Below are positions 49,750 through 61,844 of a DNA stretch of 63,313 nucleotides, piece after piece. Position 1 is the stretch's first letter. Each line of letters opens with the position of its first letter. A model generated the notes under the pieces. That model ran no database searches, was not told the DNA's origin, and worked only from the letters and a program-made list of their open reading frames with translations. The stretch is taken from the NCBI RefSeq assembly GCF_004010195.1, contig NC_057757.1, forward strand, positions 5,816,532 through 5,879,844, written 5' to 3'. A program made the position numbers and the translations under genes. This DNA is from Chiloscyllium plagiosum. Taxonomy: Eukaryota.

Positions 49750-52590
49750 ATACACAGGTGGAGTATTGTGTGTGCATTTTGGAATCCACATTCTGGTAGG
49801 GATGTGATTGCACTAGAGAGTGTGCAGATGAGATTTACCAGGATGTTGAGATTAGAGTGGTGCTGGAAAAGCACTGCAGGCCAGGCAGCATCCGAGGAGC
49901 AGGAAAATCCTCATTCCTGATGAAGGACTTTTGCCCAAAACGTCGATTTTTTTCCTGCTCCTCTGATGCTGCCTGACCTGCTGTGCTTTTCCAGCACCAC
50001 TCTGGTCTTGACTCTCATCTCCAGCGTCTGCAGTCTCACTTTCACCTTTACCAGGATGTTGCCCAGTCTGTCTGGAGAGTTTCAAGATGAAGAGATGTTG
50101 GACAGCCTGGGGTTGGTTTCCTTGGAACAGAGGAGATTGAGACGGGTCAGCTGTGTCCAGTTCGGGTCACCTGGTTACAGGAAGCTGGAGAGGGTTCAGA
50201 AGAGTTTTACCAGAATCTTGCCAGGTATACAAGGTTTGAGTTATAAATAAAGGCTGGATAAGCTCCTACAGGACCGTAGGAGTTGGAGAATTGACCTTGT
50301 AGAAGTTTATAAAATAATGAGGGGTATAGATAGATTTAATGGTAGTTGTCTTTTTCCTACGATGAGGGATTTCAGGACTCGGGGACACATTTTTAAGGTG
50401 AGAAGAGAGAGATTTGAAAAATACATGAGCGGTAAATCTTTTACACTGTGTGTGGAATGAAGTGGTGGATGCGGGAACATGTGCAATGTTTTATAAACAT
50501 TTGGATCAGTACGAGAATAAGAAAAATTTAGAGGTATAGGGACCAGGTGCAGGCAGGTGGGAATAGTTTAGTTGGGAATATGGTCGGCATGGACTCGAAC
50601 TGAAGGGTGTGTTTCCATGCTATATGACTCTGACTATGACATGATTGAGATGTATAGGTAGACATATTGGAAAGGTTTAGAGGGATGGGGATCAAATACA
50701 GGCAATTGGGACTAGTTAAGTTTGGGATACCTAGTTGTCATGGGCTGAGTTGGACCAAAGAGTCTGTATGACTCTACGAGGGGCATAGACAGGAAGCAGC
50801 GTTTCCCCTTGATGGAAGGATCGATGACCAGGGGAATCGATATAAAGTAAGGGCTAGGAAGTTTAGAGGAGATGTGCAGAACAAAGCTTTCATCCAGGGG
50901 GGTGGATGTATCTGGAACTCATTGCCTGTCAGGGTGGTAGAGGCAGAAATCCACATGATGTTAAAGAAGCCGGTATGCTTTTTTCCTTTTTTTTCTTTCA
51001 TGGGAGCTGGGTGTTGCTGACAAGGCGTTTCCAAACCCTTAGCTGGACTTTGAACTGAGTGGCTTGTTCAGCAATTTTAGAAGGCGATTGAGTTCACCAG
51101 TCACACAAAACACTGAGTTGCAATGTTGTGAAAACTTTTAAGGATGTTGTTAGACTTGAGAGGGTTCGTTAAAGATTTGGAAGGATGTTGCCTGGATGAG
51201 AGTGTTTGAGCTATAGCGAGAAGCTGGATAGGTCAGTTTTTTTTCCCCTGGACTGTTGAAAGCAGACCTGATAGAGGTTTATAAATTCATGAGGGGTGTG
51301 GATAGGGTCTTATTTCTTGGGTGGGGGGGAGTTTTAAACTAGAGGGACAAGATTCAGAAAGGACTTGAGGGGTTTAATGTTTTCGCGCAGAGGGTGGTGT
51401 GTGTATGGAATGATCTGCCAGAGGAAATGGTGGAGGTGGGGGACAATAACAAGGTCATGGACAGCAATCCTGCATCACGCCGCCAAGAACTGAGGCAGTC
51501 ACGTGGAGTCTGCGTGGGTTTCCTCTGGGTGCCCCAGTTTCCTCCCACAGTCTAAAGACGTGCAGGTTAGGTTGACTGGCCGTGTTAAATTACCCCATAG
51601 TGTCCAGGGATGTGTAGGCCAGGTGGATTAGCCATGGGAAATGCAGGGTTACAGGGATGGGGTGGATTTGATGGGCTGAATGGCCTACTTCCACACTGTA
51701 CGGATTCTAATCTATGAAATTTAAAAGGTATCTGGATGGGTAAATGAATAAGAAGGATTCGGATGGCTATGGGCCAAATGCTGGTATATGAGAGTAAGCC
51801 AGATTGGGATGACTGGTCGGTGCGGACAATTTGGACTAAAGGATTTGTCTCCGTGCTCTTTGCCACTATAATTATTTAGATGTGCACTTGCAATGCCAAG
51901 ATTATGGGCCGAGTAAGGATGTTGCCGGAGCTGGAGGGTTTGAGCTGTAGGCAGAGGCTGGGGCTGTTTTCCCTGGAGCGTTGGAAGCTGAGGGGCGACC
52001 TTTCTAAAGTTTTTTAAAATAATCAGGGACTTGGAAAGGGTAGATAGCCAAGGTCTTTTTTTCCCCCAGGCTACGGAAGTCCAAAACGAGAGGACACAGG
52101 TTTAAGAGCGGAAAGATATAAAAGGGATCAAAGAGGCAACAGTTTCATGTGGAGTGGATGGAATGAGCTGCCAGAAAAAGTGGTGCAGGCTGCTCCAATT
52201 ACAGCATTTAAAAGGCGTCTGGATGGGTATAGAGTCATAAAGCCGTACAGCATGGAAACAGTCCTTTCGGTCCAACCCGTCCAGATATCCCAACCCAATC
52301 TAGTCCCACCTGCCAGCACCCGGCCCATATCCCTCCAAACCCTTCCTATTCATACACCCATCCAAATGCCTCTTAAATGCTGTAATTGTACCAGCCTCCA
52401 CCACTTCCTCTGGCAGCTCATTCCACACACGTACCACCCTCTGCGTGTCTATTTTATATCTTACCCCTCTCACCCTAAACCTATGAGGAAGGGTTTGGAG
52501 GGATGTGGGCCAAGTGGGACCAGACTGGGTCGGGATATCTGGTCGGCACGGACGGGTCGGGCCGAAGGGTCTGTTTCCGTGCTGTAGGCC
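49750..52590 (+). mobile_element. Dense cluster of CR1 3' fragments with Penelope-end (49850-50045) and HE1 (51500-51715) insertions
   Basis: Repeated ERVQ..FTR.LPG and RRLRGDL remnants with CR1 tails; an antisense CR1 tail at 52230-52480. Confidence 0.7.
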
Positions 52591-52979
52591 TCCACTGGGG
52601 AAATGGGATTTGGACACGAGTGAAAGGGGAGGGGAGGGGGGGCACTTCTGAGGGGATAGGGTGAGGGTGATGGGCCGAAGAGCCTTTTTACCCCTTCGCC
52701 CACCCCCCCCCGCCCCAAAAAACTCTGAGGATCTAAAAATTTGGATTTCGGCTGTTGACAGCAGCAACAACTATCTGTGGACCTCCCGAGGTGGAAGATG
52801 AGCTGATGAAGGGGGAGGTTGTGTCTTCTTCAGGGGGTTGTGGAGGGGGCAGCACTCCGAAAGCTAGTGCTTCCTAATAAACCTGTTGGACTACAACCTG
52901 GTGTCGGGTGACTTTTAAACTTTGAAGATGAGGGTGGGGGGGGGGGGGCGATGGTAATTCCTCCAGTTTTGTGAAAAGA

Positions 52980-53109
52980 AAAAACATCTGTGGGCGATGA
53001 CGGCAGTTGAAATAACTTCCGTTTTGGTTTGTGATTTTGTTTAAACCGGACGGAGGTAGATCTGAATAGACGACGAACAACAATAAATAATAATCCAGCG
53101 GTAAACCCG
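52980..53109. promoter_or_regulatory. CpG-containing promoter-like stretch truncated by an assembly gap
   Basis: Unique sequence with locally high CpG (GGCGATGACGG, ACTTCCGTT ETS-like site, CCGGACGG, GACGACG, CAGCGG, CCCG) in a CpG-poor background. Confidence 0.35.
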
Positions 53110-54220
53110 NNNNNNNNNNNNNNNNNNNNNNNNNNNNNNNNNNNNNNNNNNNNNNNNNNNNNNNNNNNNNNNNNNNNNNNNNNNNNNNNNNNNNNNNNNN
53201 NNNNNNNNNNNNNNNNNNNNNNNNNNNNNNNNNNNNNNNNNNNNNNNNNNNNNNNNNNNNNNNNNNNNNNNNNNNNNNNNNNNNNNNNNNNNNNNNNNNN
53301 NNNNNNNNNNNNNNNNNNNNNNNNNNNNNNNNNNNNNNNNNNNNNNNNNNNNNNNNNNNNNNNNNNNNNNNNNNNNNNNNNNNNNNNNNNNNNNNNNNNN
53401 NNNNNNNNNNNNNNNNNNNNNNNNNNNNNNNNNNNNNNNNNNNNNNNNNNNNNNNNNNNNNNNNNNNNNNNNNNNNNNNNNNNNNNNNNNNNNNNNNNNN
53501 NNNNNNNNNNNNNNNNNNNNNNNNNNNNNNNNNNNNNNNNNNNNNNNNNNNNNNNNNNNNNNNNNNNNNNNNNNNNNNNNNNNNNNNNNNNNNNNNNNNN
53601 NNNNNNNNNCAGATCCCACTGTACCAAAGCATTCTGCAGTCCAGGTTAAAAATCTTTTCGACAGGATAATGCCCTTCATCTATTGTGATATCCTTTGCAT
53701 CACAATATCCATGAACCACACCCCCACTTGCAACTGTGCAATGACTAAGGCAAATTTTAAAAATGGTAAACCCAAGGAACTAAAAAAAAAGATAAATCCC
53801 TCTCCAAACCCATCTCCTCATGGATGGGAAAAGATCCAACCCTTGCATCATCTTAGAAACGTATGTATATCTCAACCAAATCAGCCCCAGGATGACGCTC
53901 CACCTCTGTGTTCTCATTGATCAGGTCTTAGTAGCCCAGGTAGCTATGAAGCAGGGAATGCTATGGGTCTCTTCTGTAGCTTCAGTATCACCTACATAAA
54001 ACGCAGACATGTACAGGTGGAGGAATCCAACGCAATCTCGATAAATTGAGAAGAAACCTACCGAGGGATTTATTTGTTGGTATTAAAGTTGATAGTTGTG
54101 CATTTTGGTATTAAAAAAAATCAAACATTCTGCAGACTCATTTTAAAATTGATGCACTTGTACAGAGACAACTTTCAGAGGGTTGAGAAGGGGAAAAAAA
54201 AGCCAACAATAAAATCTTAC

Positions 54221-54384
54221 CTCCTGAATTGAGGTATCGCTTCCCATTACGGACTGGTGGATACTTATCCGCCAGGGCCTCGTCGGGCCAGATAAATCCT
54301 TCTGCCGCAAAGACCACCTTGTGATTAAACAGTATGAACTTCTTCAGCAGTTCCAGGGGAGAGCCAGCAAAGATGACATCATAA
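54221..54384 (-). CDS. PLOD3: Internal exon of a procollagen-lysine hydroxylase/glycosyltransferase (PLOD family, probably PLOD3): (S)[54 protein letters not shown](G)
   Basis: Minus strand: pyrimidine tract cttctccctccccatcttgccccttcAG, 164 nt open frame, GTAAG donor; clear match to the PLOD N-terminal glycosyltransferase domain. Family is secure; the paralog call rests on GNB2-PLOD3 synteny (both human 7q22). Confidence 0.8.
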
Positions 54385-56199
54385 CTGAAGGGGCAAGATG
54401 GGGAGGGAGAAGTGCATCGATGGTATCATTAGCAGGAGACAAGACAAAACTGTGACAAATATCAAACTTAAATCACAGAAACAAGCCAGTAAGCTCATCT
54501 GTTCCATGCTGGTGTTTAGGCTCCTTCGGAGCCTCTTCCCACACCTTGGTAATCTCACCCTATCAACATATCTTTCTATTCCTTTTCTTCCTCATGCACC
54601 TTTTTCCAAGCATGAACAATAGACCTGGGCGCCAGAGGAAAGGTGAAAGTGGATTCTCTCGACATCAGCAGAGCATTCTGCTGAGTGTGGCATCAAGGAG
54701 CTCTTTGCAAAACTGGGGTCAATAGGAATTGGGAGGGGGGGGAAGCTGTTCAGTGGCTGGAATTTTATTTTGTTCACTCATGTGATATGGGCATCTCTGG
54801 CTAGGCCAACATTTATTGCCCATCCCTACTTGCCCAGAGGGAAGTTAAGAGTTAACCACATTTCTGTGGGTCTGGAGTCACATGTAGGCCAGACCAGGTA
54901 ATGACAGCAGGTTTCCTTCCCTAAAGGACATTAGAGTTGGGTTTTTCCTGACAATTGACAATGGTTTCATGGTTATCATTCGACTCTTAATTCCAGATTC
55001 TTAATAGTCTAGCAATAATACCACTCGGCCATTGTTCTCCCCATTGTCGTTGGACCAATATTTATTCCCCAACACCAAACTAAATTGCAGTCTGTGGAAG
55101 TTTCCTATGTGCAAACATGCTGCTGCCTAACTGAACTTTGCCTATCTGAAAGGTCCCTGATTTAACCTCACAGCTAAAAGGTGGTTCCTCTGATAGTGCA
55201 GCACCCCCTCAAGCATATGGAATGGAATTCAAACCCATGACTTTCGATTCAGAGGGGAGTGTGGCTGCTGGGTGACCATGGGTTGATGTGGTTAACACTC
55301 CTTATGAAGTGCTGAGGCCTAATCCAGAAGAGAATGCTGATATCCACATGGCAACATCACAACTAGTAAACCAGAGGCCTAGGCTAATGCTGTAGGGACC
55401 TGGGTTCAAACCTCTCCATGGCAACTGGTGGGATTCAAATTCAAGTTAAAAACCTCAAGTTAAATGCTACTCTCACAAATGATGATAATGATGACTATCA
55501 TCAATCTCTGTGAAGCCTAATCTGGCTCACTAATGCCCTTTAGGGAAGGAAATCTGCATTACAATACATAGCCTACATGTGACTCCAGACCCACAACAGT
55601 GTGGTTGACTTTTAACCACCTTCTAAAAGGACCAAGAGTGACATTCAGTTCAAAAGCAATTAAGGACAGCCAACAAACATTAGCCTCGTCAGCAAAACAC
55701 ACATCCACAGGAAGAGAAAGATAAAGCTTTCAGCTTATGAGTGGAGAGAGGGAATGTGAAGCAGGACAAGAACCAGTCCCACTTAATTAAGACCAAAGAA
55801 CTGGTGAAGAGGGTTAAATTCCTTCCTTGGCTACAGATGTGAACTCTCCTTGTTCGTGTACCTTGTATCCTATTACAAACCGAGAACAAACTAAACCAAC
55901 CCATTCACTGCTAAACAATCATGGGTACTGGTTCCCATGGTTTCAGAGTCCAGTGTCACAGTTGGGGCAGATGGTATAAGTTTACACAGAAATCTCAATA
56001 AGATTACTAAATAACGACCTTTTCTTTAAAGAAAGATGCACTGTTTTTTTTTCTGACATGAACTGCATGGCCAAGATTCCCCAAGTGTCCCATTCCACTC
56101 TTTCTGCCTGAGGCCTAATCCAGTCAGGGCCCAACTTCCTGCTATCCAGTCTGGGCTTGGACGGTTAATCACAAATTTCTCATCAACAAACCTAGGGCA

Positions 56200-56420
56200 C
56201 TGTAGACAGAGCTTTACTCAGTATCTAACCCTGTGCTGTCCCTGACTTGGTAATGTTTCATGGGGACAGAGCAAAAGGAGCTTCATTTCATTCTGTATCT
56301 AACCCCGTGCTGTCCCTGTGATCAGAGTGCTCCATTGCGACAGAGCTAAAGGAGCTTTACTTTGTATCTAACCCTGTGCTGTACCTGTCCTGGGAGTGGG
56401 GACAATGCAGAGGGAGCTTT
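56200..56420 (-). repeat. ~65-bp minisatellite, 3-4 decayed units
   Basis: gagctttact(c/t)(a/t)gtatctaaccc(c/t)gtgctgtccctg repeated. Confidence 0.75.
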
Positions 56421-56519
56421 AAAGGTACAAAGCGTATTCTTCCACTTGCCTTGTGGCCAATATTAAATCGCTCACTCGATCGCTGTCACAGACTACTTGA
56501 CCGCTGTCGTACTGCTGTT

Positions 56520-56702
56520 TACGAAGTTAAAAATCACACAACAGCAGGTTATAGTCCGACAGGTTTGATCGGAAGCACACTAGCTTTCAGAACGCTGCTC
56601 CTTCATCAAGTGGTTGTGAGCAGCGCTCCGAAAGCTAGTGCTTCCAATCAAACCTGTTGGACTATAACCTGGTGTTGTGTGATTCTTAACTTCGTACACC
56701 CC
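56520..56702. repeat. Palindromic Penelope pLTR-end pair
   Basis: gaagttaaaaatcacacaac...ctagctttc and gaaagctag...gttgtgtgattcttaacttc. Confidence 0.75.
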
Positions 56703-58416
56703 AAAATCATGACTACCATCAGCAGTTTGTGAAAGTGTGCTGTGTTCAAATTGGGCGGCATGTTTCTCATGGTACAACAATGATTATAACAAATCTGCTC
56801 CCCTTCAATCTTTAATGCAAACAATCAAGAAGCGCTAAGTTAAAATGCAGAATTCTTTATTATTTCAAAGAAAAGAGTTTCCCTGTCACCTCTACAAAAT
56901 GATTTTTTTTTTAAAATACAATACCTAAACTGTGGGGCCTCCAAAGCTGGTGAGAACGATTCTATTTCTCACTATGTACCCAAGACCATAACATGTAGAA
57001 GTAAAAGTAGGCCATTCAGCCCATCGAGTCTGCACCACCATTCAATAGCTGATCTGGCCATCCTCAACTCCACTTTCCTGCCTTTGCTCCATAATCCTGG
57101 AATCCCTGACTGGTTTAAAAACCTGTCCGTCTCAGCCTTGACTTTGAGCCGCTGGATTCAGCTAAGCGCGCAATTCAAAAAGACCCTCTCGTCAGTTGTT
57201 GAAAGTCTGGATTCAGGATGCCCACCAGCAGCCCAGACCACAATACACGTCTTGAGCCCAGATTTCCTTTTATTTTTCGATGCCCATTCAGGTACAGACA
57301 TCCTGCTAAACCCGAGGATTTCTAGGAATCAGGAGGTTCTGCCCAACCAGCTACAATGAGTGCTTCTCTCCTGCAGGGAAGAAGAGTCAAAGGTTTCTCC
57401 TTGGTTTCGCCTTGTTGGTGTCAGATTGTGAACTCTTCAGGATTTCCCTGTATCCTCCAGGAATCGAAGATCCTGCACACCTGTTATGTCCAGTTCTTTT
57501 GAAAAATCACAGTTATATTAAAGTGTATTTTTAAAAAAATATTTTCTTTGGACATTGCTTTTTTGTCTTATTGAAAACGAGGGGTCAAAAAAGGCTTTTT
57601 TTTAAACTCTCCATAAAGCATTGTCCAAGTGGGACTTTGCTTTCCTGTCGGTCTGGAAAGGCAATGAATGACGAAGTGGCAATGATTGACTGAAGGACAG
57701 GATAAAAGCTCCAAGAGGGCAACCCTACTTTGGTCTCTTCCACTTTGCACACACCTCATTAAGTTCCTACTTCAACACCTTCCCGAGCAGCAGCCCACCA
57801 CCCACCATTCCCAAGCTTGTTAGCAATCCTGCTGCTCTAGTCCGAACCCACAGCAAGACTCCATCACCTCCTTGCTCTCTGACCTGGATTACTTCCATTC
57901 TGGCAACACTTTGATTTTAAATTCTCGTCCAGTTTCCAAATCCCCAACTACGCCAACCCCCACGCCTACCATCTATGTCTCTGTACCCTCCAATCGCCAT
58001 AACTTTCCATGTCCTGTGCACGGCGGCCCCCCCACCCCCCGACTACCAATGCCATCCTTCCAGCCCCTCAAGAATGTCCCAAATTCTATGCATTCCTGTT
58101 GCAGCAATACTTTCAGCTGTTTGTGGCCCTGGGTTCCAGAATTCCCTCCCTAGCCACCAAGCTGAAGGTCTACATGGATCCAGGACTCTAGCATTGTAAC
58201 CAATTTGTGTGGGTGGAAAAGCAGAGCTTTGGGTCCATGCTCAGTGCCTCCGTGGTGGGCACTTGCAACTTAGCTTCAGAATGTAGTACATTCTAGTCCC
58301 TCTCCAGAGGCCGGAAGACAAAAATCCGAGGTGCCATTTGCAGTGCAGTTGGAGATAACTGCTGCTGAAAGTGGGCACCACTTGATCAGGGCAAACCTGA
58401 GCCTCTCTCTCTTCCT

Positions 58417-58550
58417 ATTCCGGATGAAGGGCTTTTGCCCGAAACGTCGATTTTCCTGCTCCTCGGATGCTGCCTGACCTGCTGTGCTTTCCCAGCACCG
58501 CTCTGATCTAAACTCTAGTTTCCAGCGTCTGCAAGTCCTCACATTTGCCT
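58417..58550 (+). mobile_element. Penelope pLTR end with a hammerhead motif (core mutated to CGGATGA)
   Basis: attc-CGGATGA-A-GGGC-tttt-GCCC-GAAA-CGTC-gatt followed by the family tail. Confidence 0.7.
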
Positions 58551-58864
58551 CTCTCTGCCCGGTCAGGTAGATGTAGAGGATACCATGACCGTTATCTGAA
58601 AAGCAAGGGAAGCCTTCCCAGCATTCTGGTGCAATATTTCTTCTTCAACATCAGCAAAATGTAGAAACTTGAGGGAGCGATCTGATCAAGGTATATAAAA
58701 TGATTAAAGGACTGTATAGGGTCCAGAGAGAAGCTAGATTTGTATCTGCTGCAGATTAGAAGGGCAGGTTCGAGACAGATACTCCTGCTCCTAATTGGTA
58801 TGTTTGGAAATTATTTTATCCACAGATGGGAAGTAGAGCTGGGCCATTCAGGGTGATCTCAGGC

Positions 58865-59335
58865 GATGTTTCCAGTAAGATAGCAGCAGAGTAGGACGCT
58901 CCAGCTGGTGCTCCTCTGCTCCACCTGTTCATCTAATTTTTCTCTCTTTATTCTCTCCTCTCGGTCTCGGGCACACAGGCCTGGCCTCCGAAGCAGGCAC
59001 GCCAATGGACAGAGTGGAAGCATGGCAGCAGCGGCTCAGTGCAAAGCATGGTGAGACCCAGCAGTCAGACCATGTGGAGGTCATCTACGCTGGTCTGCTG
59101 CGAAGAGCCCTTGGGGACAGTCTTTTCATCTTTCCTTCTTGTTTCTCTGACCTACGGTTATACTGTGTATGGCTGCAGCGTACCGTTTTCCCCCTTCGTT
59201 TCTCTACTCTCTAACTCAGGATTGTACCTAGGAAAGTTTGTACCCTAAGATGGCATGGTCAGTGGCAACTTATAAACTTTTCACTGTACTGATTTCCGTA
59301 CGAGTGACAATAAAGCTAATTCGCCCATTCATTCA
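58865..59335 (+). mobile_element. Probable non-autonomous retroelement with a Rex1/Babar-like tail
   Basis: 3' end ttttcactgtact...gtgacaataaagctaattc...(attc)n. Confidence 0.35.
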
Positions 59336-59811
59336 GGAGACATTTCTTTGCAGCAAGGAGAGTGAAGAATCTGGAACTCTTGCCCCACACCCCTTACAAA
59401 AAGCTTGTGAAGCTGGGCAGGGGAGCAGGAGCTGGCACTTTCAAGACTGAGGTTGGTATATATTTCTTCAACAAAGAATGCGGAATCTGTTCTAGAAGGT
59501 AACAGTTCTGGAATCTGCATTAAACCACCCAATCTGATGATACCACACAGTCCTGGAGTGGCGGGGGATATAAAGTAAAGCATCTTAGGACGTTGAGGAA
59601 TGCAGACTTACAGTCACTGATCTCCTCATAACCTTGGTCACAGTGTTATCTTGCAGCTGATTGCTATCGTGCAACAAAACCGTACCCTGTTTAACAGTCT
59701 CTTCTTGCTTCGACTCAGTTGTGATTTTTCTTGCTACCACTATAAACTAAATAGGCTCTTAAACCTGACAGTTTGAGAGAATCAGTCTAGCCAAACTAAA
59801 ATAGCGTAAGA

Positions 59812-59905
59812 GACAGAGTAAGAGAGAGTGTGTGTGTGCGCATGTGCGTGTGAGAGAGAGTGAAAGCGTGTGAGAGAGAGAGAGTGAGTGAGAGACAGAC
59901 AGACA
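59812..59905. repeat. Compound (GA)n/(GT)n microsatellite
   Basis: agagagagtgtgtgtgtgcgcatgtgcgtgtgagagagag... Confidence 0.85.
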
Positions 59906-60549
59906 GTAAGAGAAGATGCACCCATAAAATTGCTTTCTATTAAGTTCTATGAGGGTTGAATGGGGCCATGTGTTCTGTTCCTCAATTACAGCACTCACAT
60001 CTCCAGCTTGGAGAGAGACTTAGGGAACACTCATTTCACCGTTGAATAGGTGCTCGCTTGTGTCGGAGTTGCTGGTGTTCAAACAGATCTATGGAAAAGT
60101 CAACTGAGTTCACTGACGTGAAAGCTAAACTTTGTTTGTACCAGCCCCAGCATCCCCCTTCACACTCTCAACACCCCACCCCCTCAAAAACCTTCTCCTT
60201 CTCGCATTCCATTCCGAGCTAATTGCACAATTTCCGTCTTTCTTTTTTAAAAGTAAGGAAGCCTGCACTTCTATATCGCCTATCACAACATCTTGCAGAC
60301 AAGGCAGCATTATTTTCAAATGCAGTCACGGATTTGGGTTACAAATGCAGCAGCCAATTTACACAACAAGATCCCAAGCAGCAAAGAGAAAATAAAACCC
60401 ATCTGTTTTAGTGATCACGATCTCGGGACAAATATAGGAACCAGCTGCCTAGTCCAGCCCTTCCTTGAAATAGAAGCTGTCAGATCTTTAATATCTTCTA
60501 CAGGAGGAAGACAGTTGCTCTGTTCTAAGATTTGATTTGAAAGACAACA

Positions 60550-60919
60550 CTTCAAAAAAAAAACCCTTGCTCAATTCAATCAATCGTATGTCAATTCAAA
60601 TTAATCCCCCTGCCCTACTCTCTCTCCACGGCCTTGTGTCAATCTAAACGAATTCACTGTCTTGCCCTGTTGTCACGGTCCAATATCAATTCAAACTAAG
60701 GGTCCCTCGACCCGAAACTTTAACTCGGATTTCTCTTCAAAAAAAAAACCCTTGCTCAATTCAATCAATCGTATGTCAATTCAAATTAATCCCCCTGCCC
60801 TACTCTCTCTCCACGGCCTTGTGTCAATCTAAACAAATTCACTGTCTTGCCCTGTTGTCACGGTCCAATATCAATTCAAACTAAGGGTGCCTCGACCCGA
60901 AACTTTAACTCGGATTTCT
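60550..60919 (+). repeat. 185-bp direct tandem duplication
   Basis: 60550-60734 and 60735-60919 differ at about 2 positions. Confidence 0.9.
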
Positions 60920-61494
60920 CTTCACAGATGCTGCGAGACCTGCCGAACTTTTCCAACAGTTTCTGATTTTGTTTCGATTCAAACTAATTCACTGCCCTGC
61001 TCGCTCCCCACAGCCAGTATCAATCCCACTGTGCCACCCTTCCCCTCAGTCAATATCATTTTCTACCTCAGTATCCAATGTAAATTTTTGTTTAAAAGTT
61101 CAAACCAAGGTTACCTCAAAATTTCTGCCAGGGGTTTTCCCTGACTGAGTAAATTCTCTGTGTTAAAAGAGCCCTTGGACCGAGAACAGATGCCACATTT
61201 TGGCACTGGGACCCTAGAGAAAACCAACTGGGCACGGACACAACTGGACACAGCCACTGGGTACCGAACACATGGGTACGGAGTTACATGCCAAGCAGAA
61301 AGTAACGAGATCAAGTTGCACTTAGATGCCGAGATAAGCTGCTCAAAGCAGTCAAACCTGGCAGGAATGCACATCCTGTCACTGATTCAGTATCAAGATT
61401 CTGTGTCATTAACAGTTACTGCTTCTCAATCGGATTTGAAATGCGCGTACAGTTGCACAATAAATTTAGTGCGGGGGTGTGGGAAACATCAATC

Positions 61495-61840
61495 TCCCTC
61501 TACACTGTTCCCATCAACACGTGCAGGACATGTACAGCACAGGGTTAGATACAGTAGATACAGAGTAAAGCTCCAACTACACTGTCCCCATCCAAACTTC
61601 CAGGACATGCACAGCACAAGGTTAGATACAGAGTAAAGACTTCCTCTACACTGTCACCCATCAAACACTCCCAGGGCAGGGACAGCACAGGGTTGGATAC
61701 AGAGTAAAGCTCGCTCTACACTGTCCCCAATAAACACTCTCAAGAGAGATAAAGCACAGCATTCGAGTTAAGCTCCCTCTACACTGTCCCCAGCACAAGG
61801 TTCGTCAGAATACAGCTTCCTCTACACATGCCCAGGATAG
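61495..61840 (+). repeat. ~65-bp minisatellite, about 5 units
   Basis: ctctacactgtccccatcaaacactcccagg..cagcacagggttagatacagagtaaag repeated; reverse complement of the 56200 array. Confidence 0.8.
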
Positions 61841-61844
61841 GTAG

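Noticed and set aside
61495..61840. Regularly spaced repeats that look CRISPR-like
   Set aside because: The whole unit repeats with no unique spacers; vertebrate context and no cas genes.
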